DNA of 64,000 bases from Octopus bimaculoides (taxonomy: Eukaryota). Position numbers and translations under genes: made by a program. The stretch spans positions 75,521,487 through 75,585,486 of the forward strand of contig NC_068987.1 in assembly GCF_001194135.2 (NCBI RefSeq), written 5' to 3'. The notes beneath the pieces were generated by a model. That model made no database searches. It worked only from the letters and a program-made list of their open reading frames with translations, and was not told where the DNA came from. This document shows, one piece after another, positions 27,605 through 40,567 of this stretch. The number at the start of each line of letters is the position of its first letter. Positions within the stretch are counted from its first letter, which is position 1.

Positions 27605-27667
27605 GATAAAGATACTACGACGTTGATAAAGATACTACGACGTTGATAAAGATACTACGACGTTGAT
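27605..27667. repeat. Perfect 20-bp tandem repeat x3
   Basis: GATAAAGATACTACGACGTT at 27605, 27625 and 27645. Confidence 0.95.
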
Positions 27668-28069
27668 TTCATTTCTACTTTATGTGTATTATATTCATAT
27701 TTAGTTTGTGGTATGGTGTGAAAGTCTTATCCAGTTTGTAGAAAATTAACGGTGATAAAGTTTCTATCTACAGTAATAATACTACGTCCTCTTTCATGAA
27801 ATACCTTAATCAAATTGCTAGAATAAATTACTTTCTGCACATATGTATACTTGCAGGTATCTGTGCAGGCACACACACACACACATCGAACCTTAAAGTG
27901 CTCAATATATAATGCACTCACTTGGAAATATGTAGAGTCTAGTGCATGTATTTATCTTTAACGGACGTATATATAAGGTATCACGGAGTCCACACAAATT
28001 AACATCCATTGGGCGTGAAACCAAAATATAGATTTAATGGCATAGTTACTAAGCACAGACAGACAGATA

Positions 28070-28113
<44 letters not shown>

Positions 28114-28641
28114 CACACACACACACACACGCACACACACACACACATACACACACAAACACACATACATACACACACATACACATACACATACACACAC
28201 ACTCACTCATATAGGCAAATACGCGCACAAACATATCAGATAAACAACATGCATACGCATATTTTCGTTTTAGTTCTTTAAAAAATGTCGACTCGATTTA
28301 TACTCCCGGATTTCAGTCTATGAAAACATCTGTTTTCTCAATCTGAAATTTTAGATCTTAAAGGCTGAAGTAAGTAAGTATATAAATATGTATGTATATA
28401 TGTATATATGAATAAATAAATAAACAAAATTCTTGAAATTCTCACTGCTGATATTAACTGCTATTTTTTCCCTCCTTCTTAATCACTTCTCGATCTACTT
28501 GCAGGGTAAAGGTATTATGAAGACATATTGGTTAAAGGGAGAGCAGGTCGTGAAAACAGAAAAACCAGACCCATACTGTCTAACACCACCTTCAGAGTAA
28601 AAGTAGATGCGATAGATGAGCGGGAGAGAATTATACGAGAA

Positions 28642-28704
<63 letters not shown>

Positions 28705-28839
28705 CAGACAGAGAGAGACAGTGATAAACAGAAATTAAAGAAGAACAAGTATATAGAAAGGATGCATGAAAGAAAGTATGGATGTTAAAAAAAATGCTTA
28801 GTTTATATTGGTGACTGGCCGAATTTACTGCACGTTCAT

Positions 28840-29300
28840 GGATGTACTCTAGATCAATGTATGAACCCTAGACTAGTGTGAGTATCCTACCCTGATATCC
28901 TACATTGATCAATAGGCCCTAGATTAATCAATATCATATACCCTATTTTGATGAATCTATTCTCGACTAATATACTCAAAATTGATGTACCCTAGCTTAA
29001 TGAATATGCTCTAGATTGATCAATCCCTACATTTTTGAATGCACACTAGATTGACGGATTTACTCTTGATTGATGAAAGTAATCTATTATAAATTAACTG
29101 ACGTGCTCTAGGTTGGTTATCATACCAAAAATCAATTTACGCTAGATTAATTAGCGTATCCATGATTGATTAATGTACCTTGGATTGGTAAGTATACCAT
29201 AGAATAATTAATATGCTCAAGAATAGCGAATGTTTCCTAGATTGATTGATTGATAGACCCAACATTGGCGAATGCACATTAAACTGATCAATATTCCCGA
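28840..29300. repeat. Degenerate minisatellite, about 19-bp unit (~CCCTAGATTGATCAATGTA)
   Basis: Recurrent CTAGATT(G/A)AT motif, e.g. 28846, 28917, 29009, 29044, 29138, 29236. Confidence 0.7.
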
Positions 29301-30228
29301 GTCATATACTTATCCTGAAGTTGGCACATTATTTCAATTTTTTTCATGTCTGTCTTGTAGTTTTAAAAATACACTGAAAATACACTCAGCTTGCATTGGC
29401 CAAGAGGAATAAAGTGCAAAATAAGAAGTGAATGTAACACAATGATTATTAGTTATTATACTTCTAATTGCTGGTGTTGACTCATAGCTTTGATCAAGCA
29501 AACCTATGATCAGAAAAAATTCCTTATGTGACCATCGCATCTTTTTATATTTAGACATGGTATAATTATGACTTTATTATCAATGAATTCTTCCTGTTTC
29601 TTTTTTTTTTTGTTCAAGACTGTAGGATGTAATTTGAAAGAAATTTGGTACCTATTCGTAGTAGGTCGAGCGACCGCATATTAAGTCGTTTTCCACCAGT
29701 AATTAGAGATATAGAAAAGCAGAGTCGGAGCAGTGGTGTAAAATGACGGGAACAAAAGGATTTGATAATAACAGTTGGATATATTAGGATTAAAGGTTAG
29801 AGTGGAAGCTGATGAGAATAATGGTAGTGGTTGTGGTGGTGAGGATGATGATGATGATGATATATATATATATATATATANNNNNNNNNNNNNNNNNNNN
29901 NNNNNNNNNNNNNNNNNNNNNNNNNNNNNNNNNNNNNNNNNNNNNNNNNNNNNNNNNNNNNNNNNNNNNNNNNNNNNNNNNNNNNNNNNNNNNNNNNNNN
30001 NNNNNNNNNNNNNNNNNNNNNNNNNNNNNNNNNNNNNNNNNNNNNNNNNNNNNNNNNNNNNNNNNNNNNNNNNNNNNNNNNNNNNNNNNNNNNNNNNNNN
30101 NNNNNNNNNNNNNNNNNNNNNNNNNNNNNNNNNNNNNNNNNNNNNNNNNNNNNNNNNNNNNNNNNNNNNNNNNNNNNNNNNNNNNNNNNNNNNNNNNNNN
30201 NNNNNNNNNNNNNNNNNNNNNNNNNNNN

Positions 30229-30292
<64 letters not shown>

Positions 30293-30506
30293 CTATATAA
30301 TAGTTTGATAATAAGATGGTATGAAACCGTTATTTTTATCAAAATTCGCTGGCACTAAATACATGCCCTCAATACTGTTAACATTCTCTACTTAATGTTT
30401 TCAGCTGGCGATTGTTATTTAGAAGGCTTTGTTCGAAAATCATCACAATAGCTGGATGCCTCTATATGTGTGTGAGTGTGTGTATGTGCGTGTGTTTATA
30501 TATATG

Positions 30507-31102
30507 TAGGATCTTTTTTAAAACGGGGGCCACATTTTTCATTAACGAAACACTTTGAAACTTGGAACACTGGTAGAATGTGTCATATAAAACATCTTTT
30601 TTTCTTAGTCTTCTTTAAAAAAAAAGAAATCCATAAGTTATTCCATGTGAAAGTTGTCGTATTTCTGTAATTTCAACCAATCACTGACGTCCATTCAGCC
30701 GATATACATTAAGTGCCGACTACATAAACAAACGATTCTGAAACAATTAACCCTAACCCTAACCCTAACCCTAACCCTAGGGTTAGGGTTAGGGTTAGGG
30801 TTAGGGTTAAAGCAAATTTAAAATGAAAAAAGCAAATAAAACGAAGGTATGGAGATTAAATACGCTTTACATCGCTTAATCAGCCAAAAGAGTAAATGTA
30901 AACAACTGAATACTTGTCAGTGATTGGTTGAAATTATCGAAATAAGACAATTTTTTACATGAAATAAATTCGAATACAAAAATATTTTTCTGTTCTATAA
31001 CACAAAATAGATAAGTATACGAAGTTTGAAAGTCTTTCGGTACCAAAAACACTACGTAAAACATTAATGAAAAATGTGGCCCCCGTTTTAAAATAGATCC
31101 TA
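30507..31102. mobile_element. Non-autonomous TIR element (Academ-like ends) with internal telomeric-repeat palindrome
   Basis: 39-bp TIRs TAGGATCT(T/A)TTTTAAAACGGGGGCCACATTTTTCATTAA (1 mismatch) at 30507-30545 and 31064-31102; TATG duplicated at 30503-30506 and 31103-31106; internal inverted repeats near 30651-30688 and 30916-30953. Confidence 0.85.
30747..30810. repeat. Perfect 64-bp palindrome of CCCTAA/TTAGGG telomere-type repeats
   Basis: TTAA(CCCTAA)4CCCT|AGGG(TTAGGG)4TTAA read directly. Confidence 0.97.
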
Positions 31103-31108
31103 TATGTA

Positions 31109-31150
<42 letters not shown>

Positions 31151-31749
31151 CGTAAAGAAAATTATATCTAGATTGATGAATCGAAAAGGGTATTTAAGGA
31201 CAGTATGTGGGATGGGAGATAAAAAGTGATATACGAAAAAGATTAATATATAAAAAAAGGGAGATAGATTTGTAGATATATAGGGAGAAGAAGAAGAAGA
31301 AGGAGAAGAAGAAGAAGGTTGAGTGGAAGAGACAGTGAATGAGTGAGATATGTCTGTGTATGTAAAGCAGAGTATCAAACTGAAATATGATTTCATGATA
31401 CATCACCACAATCGAGGAAGGGAGATTTTGATAGTAGGATTTTCTCCTCCAAGAAAAACCTAATAAATATAAACGCGATCTCATTGTAAAAATAGAATGT
31501 TAACAGAAACAATGTTCCTAGAAGGATGACATTAGAAATAAAGATACAGCATTGCAGATCCTCCATCTACTAGAAATAGCAAACAAATTTTTGTACGTTC
31601 TTAGCTGCAGAGGAACGCATTGTATTATATAATTCTAGACATACTGAGCGGATACATTGGCAAGATATTCGGTGTAGAAGCAGAGTCTAACTTCTAACGA
31701 ATATATAAACACTACAACATTTATTGAGTGTTTCGTCTCCGTAATCCTT

Positions 31750-31795
<46 letters not shown>

Positions 31796-32519
31796 AATTT
31801 GTTTGTGTGTGCGTATGGTGTGTGTGCGCGTGTGGTGTTTTCTAATATGTCTCTATACCTACGTTTTTTATAGGAAAAAAAACAAATCGTATAAGTACAG
31901 TTTGTACTAAATAAATTTGGATATTTTCAAAGAGCCACGATTATATAAGTAACATGGGAATACGACAAATGTAAGTTGAGAAGCACAACGGGGTGCTTTA
32001 GAATACTGTTGGGCTGCGAATGAAACGAACATAAATATCCAGTCACCAGCAACGTGCTATATCAATGACCAACAGCCTTAACACTCTCTGACTCTGTCCA
32101 CTCAGCTGTTGATATACACCACCCGGGAGTGCAGTTCACTGATATAAACAGCGAAAATACTATATAAGTGACGTGTATTTCATTAAATAATTATCAACGC
32201 TGAATTCAAATCTTCCCATGGGTATATCTTGGAGAGGTATGGCTCCACAGGCTCACTAACTCTAAATGCACCACATAAAAGGGGTATCAGTGGTGTTTTA
32301 TTGACCCAGTGATTTATGAGAATGTGTTACCTACTATAATTACTCTACTTGAACATTATTGAATTTAAAATGGTTCGAACTGGTTTTACTGCGCCACTGA
32401 AAAAATTAGCTTTAAAGTTTGAATTAATTTCACTGTGATGAATTAAACATTTTCAATTTACGTCTGTAAATAATTAAAATGGAGAAAAGGCACATAATAC
32501 TTGTAAACGTTATATATGT

Positions 32520-33880
32520 ATTATTGGCTGTGTTGTCTGTTTAAAGCAAATACTTAACAGATGTGTTGAGAAGCTCTATTTTAACAAACGTGTCAAGTAG
32601 TCTTTTAACAGCAGATGTGCTGAGTGTCCTTTTAAAGGTTGTATTGTGAACCTGATTAACATATGTGTTCAGTAGATATTTAACAGATGTGTTAAGTATT
32701 GCTTTAACAGGTGTGTTATGTCTGCGTTTAAAAATCCTGTTAAGAGAGATATAACAGGTGTCTTAATTAGTCATTAATAGAAGCACAGATGTTTAGTGTA
32801 ACCGATAGTTAATCAAACACTTGAACAGGCATTTTACAAGTCTGTTAGATAAATAAAACAACAAAAAAGCAGCTGCTGTGTTGGATTGATGTTTAATACA
32901 TGGTTTAACAAGTATTCATTATTTGTGAAAAGGACTATACACGTTTCAGTATTGTTTGACCAGTAACAAAAATAAAAAGTTGAGCACATGTCAAACCTTT
33001 AATAAATTTATTAAACAACCAAACCAGTGTCTTCTGTGTTTTTACCAAATGCTTTCGGATATCCGTTTTACAGTTGTCTTAGGTAAGCATGTTACAGATT
33101 TATCGAATAGCTGTTTAATACAAATAGGGAAGAGTAGATTAACATGCGTGTGATGTAGCTATTTAATGTGTTGAATAGACATTTAGCAGATGTGAATAAA
33201 AACTGTTTTTGAAAATGTGATGCAAAACGGCTTAACAGATATGATATAAAGCTGTCTAAAACATGTCATATCTAGCAGTTTAACAGGTGTGATAGAAAAT
33301 TGTTAAACAGATACACTAAATAGTCGTTTCACAGATGTAACAAAAACTGTCAAGCAGATATGACTGAAATTAAACACTGTTTAACAGATGCGATAAGTAA
33401 ACATTTCAGATATATGATGAAAATCTGTTTAACATTTTAACATTCAGACTACTATGCCAAATGTAATGCTTATTTATTCACATTATTTTAAATTAATCAT
33501 GATTTATCTCATACCTTCAAGAGTTTGATAATGTCATTGTTTAATACTAGAATGATATAGTAGGATAGATGTGAGCGGTCAAGGCTGGCCAGTTTGAACT
33601 TAAAACAAGTAGAATATTTGGGCTGGATATGACTGGTTTAAAGGTTAAAGGGTTAAAAGAGATGATAGTTACAGTTTAACAAACGGGATGGGGAAAATGC
33701 TTAACTAATTTTACGAATACTAGTTTAGTAGCTATAACGGACGAGTATTTAATAGGTGCGACGGACAGCTGTTTCACAGATGTGCGTTAACTGTTTATCA
33801 GAAAATAAGCATTTCATAACAGATACAATTCAAAGTTTTGTATTTCGTTACCTGTTGAATATCTGTGTCGAGAAAATATG
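32520..33880. repeat. Degenerate minisatellite, about 24-bp unit (~GCTGTTTAACAGATGTGTTAAATA)
   Basis: TTAACAG(A/G)TGTG variants recur; ACAG cores at 33283, 33307 and 33331 give a 24-bp period. Confidence 0.75.
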
Positions 33881-34096
33881 CAACACCGGTATTTATATAA
33901 TATTAATTTCTTACATTGGGGTAAACTCAAAATTAGGGGTAAGGATCAGTCGATTATAACGATCTAGTACTTGATTTGAAAGTACTATTATTGAACGTGT
34001 TCCTGACAAGAGGTAGAGATATTTCTGCTCTGAACTTATTACTTTCAATATAAAAGAAATTAATTACTTCTGAGGGAGGTTTTCTTAACCGTTTAA

Positions 34097-34296
34097 CACA
34101 AGGCCTGAAATTTGATGGGAGGAGACTAGTGGATTACATCGACCATAATGTTTCGCTGGCATTTAATTTATCGACCTCGAAAGGATGAAAGACAAAGTCG
34201 ACTTTGCAGAATTTGCACTCAGAACGTAGCGACGGGCGAAATACCGCTAAGCATTTCGTCCAGCGTGCTAAGGATTCTGTTAGCTCACCACCTTAC
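34097..34296 (-). mobile_element. SINE family A
   Basis: TCGACCTCGAAAGGATGAAAGACAAAGTCGAC..AAATACCGCTAAGCATTTCG is the reverse complement of family A. Confidence 0.85.
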
Positions 34297-34298
34297 AG

Positions 34299-34340
<42 letters not shown>

Positions 34341-34360
<20 letters not shown>

Positions 34361-35010
34361 TAGAATATAAAGCAAGACATGACAGAGTCGGCCAGTATTT
34401 ACATTAGACAATATGTTGGCGTTATAAAATCAAAACCACTGACAAATGGTATAAACACCATCCTGAAGCTGTGACTGAGAGAGAAAATGTGTCGATTTTC
34501 TGGGACTTCCCCGTACATACCGAAAAAACTATAAAAGCTAATAAACCGGATATTATTATGAAAGATCAGACAAAAAAGGTGTGTTTATTAATTGACATGA
34601 GTATTCCTTGTGATCCCAATATAGCGGCGAAAGAATTTGACAAGATCAGTAAATATAAAGATTTGCTAATAGAAATTTTTAAAAATGTGGCATCTCAAGG
34701 CGACTACCGTACCAGTAATTGTAGAATCTCTAGGAATGATAAAAAAAGGTACTGAAGCCTATTTGAAATTGATACCACGCCTACCATCCCAACAGGAAGA
34801 GCAAAAAATCGTGCTAACTGGAACGACTCATGTACTGAGAAGAGCATTATCGCTGTGAAAACAACATCCATTCATGAATTTATTTATTAATTTTTTAAAA
34901 AATACATATTTACCTGTGAATTTGCGTATGTAAACTGGGAATGCATACAATGAGCTTCTCTGCCCTAGGTGTACGGAAAACACTCGGCGAGAAATGGAAG
35001 AAAATTTGGT
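34341..35010 (+). mobile_element. R4/Dong-clade non-LTR retrotransposon, 5'-truncated (RLE domain plus 3' UTR), starting directly after (TAA)n
   Basis: EYKARHDRVGQYLH*TICW..WDFPVHTEKTIKANKPDIIMKD..CLLIDMSIP..KEFDKISKYKDL/KMWHLK..VPVIV..GMIKKG..HVLRRALSL*; PD..D RLE motif; one stop and a frameshift. Confidence 0.92.
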
Positions 35011-35084
35011 TTTTGATACTTTCTTCTTATCATCATCATCGTCGTTGTGGTCGTCATCATCGTCGTCCTTATCATTTGGAAGAA

Positions 35085-35285
35085 TCATCAGAGCATCGGA
35101 CAAAACGCTTCCTGGTATTTAATTGCACAAATCTAACGTTTCGAGTTCATATCCTGCCGAGGTCAGCTTTGCCTTTCATTCTTCAGTGATCTATAAAATA
35201 AAGTATCAATGAATTACTGAGGTCAATTTACTCGGCTAATCCTTGACTCAAAATGTGTGGCCTCCGCCTATATTAGAAATTATTG
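35085..35285 (+). mobile_element. SINE family A, degenerate
   Basis: GAGTTCATATCC..GAGGTCAGCTTTGCCTTTCATTC. Confidence 0.6.
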
Positions 35286-35544
35286 TTATTTTAATAGTAT
35301 TATTCGAGTTTCTACTAGATTAGTTGGTGCGCCTCCATATACTTGAGGTGTGTGCAGCATTGTCCTTTTGAGATACAAGCCTCTGTTAGCCACTCCGTAC
35401 AACTTCTGTCGTCTTACTATTCTATTTGATATATCAGTGATTAAGCAGATTTCAGAATTTATTTTACATTATATTTACATCAAGAGTAATAATATACGCA
35501 AACAGAATTGTGAACCCCAAATAGGAATTTATAAAGAAGTTTGA

Positions 35545-36030
35545 GACTGGTGCTTCGGTAGCGAGAGTTTGATGTCAAAAATCAAACATCTTCGGACATA
35601 TGCGAGGCTAAGCATGAAATCAGTACTGCCTTTTTGTTTGAAAAATTTTGTGCCGATACAAATTCTAAATCACCAATCGTTGGTCCAATACAAATGCAGA
35701 ATATATAAATCTTGAGGAGGTTGTCATGAGGTGATTTATGCATGAAAGATCCTGCAATTTCAACGCCCATGATATACAAATTTAAAATACTGCTGCCAAG
35801 CTAGCTAGGCCTATGGACATAAAGAATTTTGAAGCTAGTGACGAGAGTGATATGACGATTTAGAAATCAACATCAAATAGGTGATGAAATTAGTTATTGT
35901 GAAGCAGGCAGTGCACCAGCCTAGGAAACCGAGCCATTTCGTTAGAGGTTAAATGACATAATTAATTGCAAAGGGTTCTTAATTTCCCAAATGTATAGTG
36001 GTGACAACTCTGGTAAGCTTTTAAGACTAA
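35545..36030 (+). pseudogene. pogo/Tigger-like (CENP-B HTH) transposase remnant
   Basis: LEEVVMR*FMHERS..AAKLARPMDIKNFEASD/RFRNQHQI/CEAGSA..QMYSGDNSG resembles LE.AL..WF...R..FKAS.GW..RFK.RH.I..GEA.SA..QIYN.DETG; multiple stops. Confidence 0.8.
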
Positions 36031-39000
36031 CGCCTGCACGTCTGGTCGTAAATTATGTAAGGAACTCTTTTCGGTGTTGTGTTGCACAGATGCAGACTGT
36101 TTATCCACATTTAAAGTTAGTGGCTGTGGGGTGAGATCAGCTCATGTGCTAATCTCACCACCAGCACCATCACTACCACCATAACCGTCACCAGTTGCAG
36201 CAGCTGCAGCAGCAGCAGCAGTAGCGCTGCCACCGCCGCCGCCACCACCGCCGCCACCACCACCTACCACCACCACCACCAACAACAACAACAACTTAAT
36301 ACAATAAAATACCAGTTACATGTACATTATTATTATTATTATTATTATTTCCAGAAGTCGCAGAACACAATACATGTCTTTAATGATTGTTTTTTGTTCC
36401 TCGCATACCATTCTTGCAGTGTATAAACATCAGTAAGATGTTTTCAAACTTGTTGCTGATGAGGCGAAAGAGCCACTAACTTTTCACGACGTATCCGCTC
36501 ACTCAAGTGTCACCACCCCAATATGTTAGTATGGACGGTAAAAATAAACGTATATTCTTTCCACCTAGTGTCACCACTATGACCCAGCCGATTGTACAAA
36601 GATGTATGGACGAAGCGAAGGTCATGTGGTCAAAAGAAGGGACGATCTTAAGAAAATCGAGCCAAGACAAAGAACTCCGAATACGAAGAAAACGTTGTAG
36701 TAGTATAAAGACTTTGAATTATCCACCCCACGCATTTCAAGTTACGGCGATTTCAAATTATCCCGGGGGTAACCTCAAGTCGAATTCAAACTACCCTTGC
36801 TCTGTTCCCGATACTCTCTGTTTGATTTCCCTACAATAATAAATTTTAACGCTTACAAATCCTGATAAACTTTATATCATTAAGGCCTTGTAACATTGAA
36901 GGTTGTAGGCTAATCTTAAAACGTGAAAATAAAAAGATATGGATTTTTAAACATCCCCTATCATTTTATGAAGGCTTTAAAAATCACTTTGAACACCAGA
37001 GAATCTGAACCGGCAATTGTTTAAAATAAAAACTTTTTTTTAACGAGAAAATCATTTGGTTTAGAAGAATTGCAGCTGCAGTACTTTTTTTTTCCACATA
37101 AATATATTTTGTATTCGAAGTGTGTAAATATATATATTATGTGCATTTGGAAGCATTAACTCCGTCTACGTTCTGATAAATTTAAACTGCTATTTCAGAT
37201 AAAATGAAAAACCAAATATATTCATACGTTTCAAATGAAATCAAAATGTATAATATACAAAACAAAATATATTAATACACTTTAAAATGCAAATGAAACA
37301 TTTTTTTATTCAGAAAAGCACCTATACACTTCAAATGCAAACAGAATAATAACAAGCAAAATATACACAAGTGTCTAACTCATAGGATACACACAGAAAG
37401 CACTTATATATAAAGGGTCGCGAACGTTATCATCCTTGACAGAAACCTCTCAATTTTTTTCTAATTGTAATCAAAATTTTTCTCATAGGAAGTCTTTTTT
37501 TTAATTAAAAGTGTCCCCACACTAAAAAAATTATTATAATGGTGATGATAACAATAAAAATATTAATAATTCTTTTATTTGTCTCTTGGTCAACGAGTAT
37601 ACGAGGAAGAATTTGAGATGAGCATCGTCTGAAATCATAGTGGGTAGGATGAAATTGATTTCAAGTTACCGGGAGGTAAGATGAATGGTGGGGAATAATC
37701 TGAAATCGCTACATCGGAAAGGAGCCAGGCATTTCAAATAATCCATAACATACAAAAACACAGTTTTCAAACACATGTAAGGCACCATTTAACTTTGTTA
37801 CATAAAAATACTAATGGATATATGTGAAACATACCCGAACAAGCAAGCTTACATTAGTATACGCAAAATATTCTCTTTTAGAGAACCAGATTTGAATGTG
37901 AATAGACAAAGTTTCCTATCACGTCTTGAAAGAGGTGTGAATAGTAACGGTCCAGGCTATGCACTAAATCTTATATTTGCACAATGGTATGTTACAGTTA
38001 TAACTTCTTTTGGTGAAGAAGATGAAGCGTAAACCACATCCTGTAGTATATTAAATATGTATACATTTATATTTAACACGTTTATCTACACTCAAACTGT
38101 ACCTTCTTGTGTAGCTGGGAGTTAAACTGTTTTGTTAGAACCGATTAACGGAAATCCTAGCGCGCGCACACACACACACACGCACACATATGTATGCATG
38201 CATATTCTCTTCGGTTTTTAATTATGTGAACTCTTCCTCAAGGGAGGAGACAGTTTCTCCGTTGTTGAAATGATAACGAAGCACAATGTCATATGTTAAA
38301 CTTGAGCAAAGTCAGCATGCTTAGCGATGCTTTTGTGCCAAAACGTAACTTGGTGATTCTAGAAACATAGATGGATAGACCAAATATGTATCAGGCTAAA
38401 ATAAGTATATGGTACAATATAATCGACTAAAATCTCTTGAAGCCTCTGCTACAGCATGGCCGCAGTCCAACACGTGAAACCAGTAAAAGAAATATAAAGA
38501 ATAAAGGAGTAGATGTACATGAACGTTGCGAAACACATACGCGCGCACACACATGCACACACATATTGTTCGATAAAATGAATTCGATCATCCATTTTCT
38601 CAGTTCAGACATCGTAAGGAAGAAGCGTCACGTGGTCTATAAATGCGCAACAACGTAACTTTTCCATTTACCCGTTTTAACTTCGTATTTTCAAATCTAA
38701 CCAAATCTAATTTTTAGTCGTCATCTCTCTTTAATAAATTATATGCTTTACCTAAGCTTTCCGATTTGTTTTTTCGCATTGAACATAAAAAATGCCAAAT
38801 TACCTCCATAGTTACTAAGCACACGAAAATATCTCATAGCTTTCCTTAATTCTGCATGAAACGTCTCCCTATCCTTTTCCAAAACCGAACAAAAACAAAA
38901 AATATGAACAATAACTACAGCAATAACGAACTGTTTTTGATAATAATGTTTGGGAAATTTATGCTTGCTTTCAAGTGACATTACAAAGCACAAAATGATA

Positions 39001-39054
39001 AAAGATATACGGAGTAAAAGTTGGAGAAATGTCGCCATTAGAAGGCATGCAAAA

Positions 39055-39714
39055 TACGAGGGCAAGTCAAAAATTATCCGCACTTTCGCCATAACATTAT
39101 TATTATTGTCACACTGCCTTCTGCGCATGTGTACAAACAGTTGGAACTATTGTGGTCACGTAATCGAAGTTTGAGCCTGATCACGCCATTTTTCTTTCTA
39201 GCTTTACAGTGTAAGCATGGCCGCTCTATTAGCAATGTGCACCATAGAAAAACAAGGAGCAGTGCTCCGATTTCTCTTGTCGAAAGGTATGTCAGGTGCT
39301 GAAATTCATCGGAGACTTTTAGCACAATACGGAGACAGTATAGAAGTGAGTATGAGTAGATCTAGAAGTTTAAAAGTGGTCGGGCAAGCATGACACACGA
39401 TGAGGGAGCAGGACGCCCGTCAACCTCCACCACTGACGAAAAGATTCATTAAGCTCGCGAGATGGTAACAGTGAACCGGTTCACCATTACCATCTCTCGG
39501 ATCACTGCTTTTTGTTCTTCTTTGGGTCACATTGCTAGTGGATTGACCATGCTTACACTGTAAAGCCAGAAAGAGAAATGGCGCAATCAAGCTCAAACTT
39601 CGATCACATGACCACGATAGTACCAACTATAAGTATGCATGCGCAGAAGGCAGTGTGACAATAATAAAGATATGTTATGGTGAAAGTGCGGATAATTTTT
39701 TACTTCCCCTCGTA
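39055..39714 (+). mobile_element. mariner-derived fold-back element made of two inverted left ends
   Basis: TA-CGAGGG..CCCTCG-TA ends; left arm encodes MAALLAMCTIEKQGAVLRFLLSKGMSGAEIHRRL..GRPSTSTTDEK; 39478-39712 is an internally deleted inverted copy of the left arm. Confidence 0.9.
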
Positions 39715-39984
39715 ATTTGTGATTATCTCCCTTTCCTCCTCCTCATTCAAGAAAGAAACTAACAAATTTCACTATTTTGTTATTTCATGTATGTATGTAA
39801 GGTGTTGTGCAAGCCTTATTGGACCTAAAATTCTGCACAGGCATTGCTGACCTCTGCTCGATATGTGTTGCTTCCCCACCTATATATTTATTTTATTTTC
39901 AGTATATATGGGAATATATGTCAGGTATTGATCTTCTGGCCGTCTCTTTAATCTGCGCCGATTTACTACCAATTCAAAATTTTC

Positions 39985-40470
39985 CAGTCGCTTATTCGTG
40001 ACCTCCTTTATGCAGATGACTATGACTTAGTCACTCATTCAGTGGATGGTATGCAGATACTTATGAATCGTATTTCTGCTTCTTGCAAGGCAGTTGGACT
40101 CAGCATTAACCTGGACAAGATTGTTGTAAGGTTCCAGTCTGCACCAGAAAATCCATATGTGGAACCAGCTATATTGGTTGAAGGAACAATACTGAAAGTG
40201 GTACAAAAGTTTGTCTACCTGGGCAGCACACTCAGCCGTTCCAGAGAGCAACTGATTCCCTCCGGCCTCTTCAGTCACGCGTCTGGTCCCAGGTGGCAGC
40301 ACAAGGCAAACAAAAATTGCTCTTTGACTAATGTGAGACATGGACCCTTTACAAACGTTATGTAAGGGTCCTTTGAACGATTTCATCAAAGATGTCTGAG
40401 ACACATTCTGAATGTTGGCTGGACCTTAGAAAACTCCAGAAACACAGGTCCTGAGAAAAGCTGATATTTT
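39985..40470 (+). mobile_element. RTE-clade LINE reverse transcriptase fragment
   Basis: LIRDLLYADDYDLVTHS (YADD at 40009-40020)..GLSINLDK..KFVYLGSTLS. Confidence 0.9.
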
Positions 40471-40536
40471 GAGTATATATATATGTTTGTTGTTTACACA
40501 CCCATCTTCGTCTTTTGTTTTTTTTTTTGTAAATTC

Positions 40537-40567
<31 letters not shown>

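Noticed and set aside
27605-27667. CRISPR-like direct repeats (also considered for 32520-33880)
   Set aside because: Repeats are contiguous without unique spacers, the context is eukaryotic, and no cas genes are present.
30747-30810. Telomere-telomere fusion scar or true telomere
   Set aside because: Polarity is CCCTAA then TTAGGG (fusions give the reverse), only about 10 units are present, and it lies inside a TIR element with a TSD.
36456-36480. CUGAUGA-GGC-GAAAGA-GCC hammerhead-like start
   Set aside because: Followed by ACUAAC rather than GAAA; no stem I or III.
36507-36839. 110-aa ORF MSPPQYVSMDG..
   Set aside because: No recognisable domain, splice context or codon pattern.
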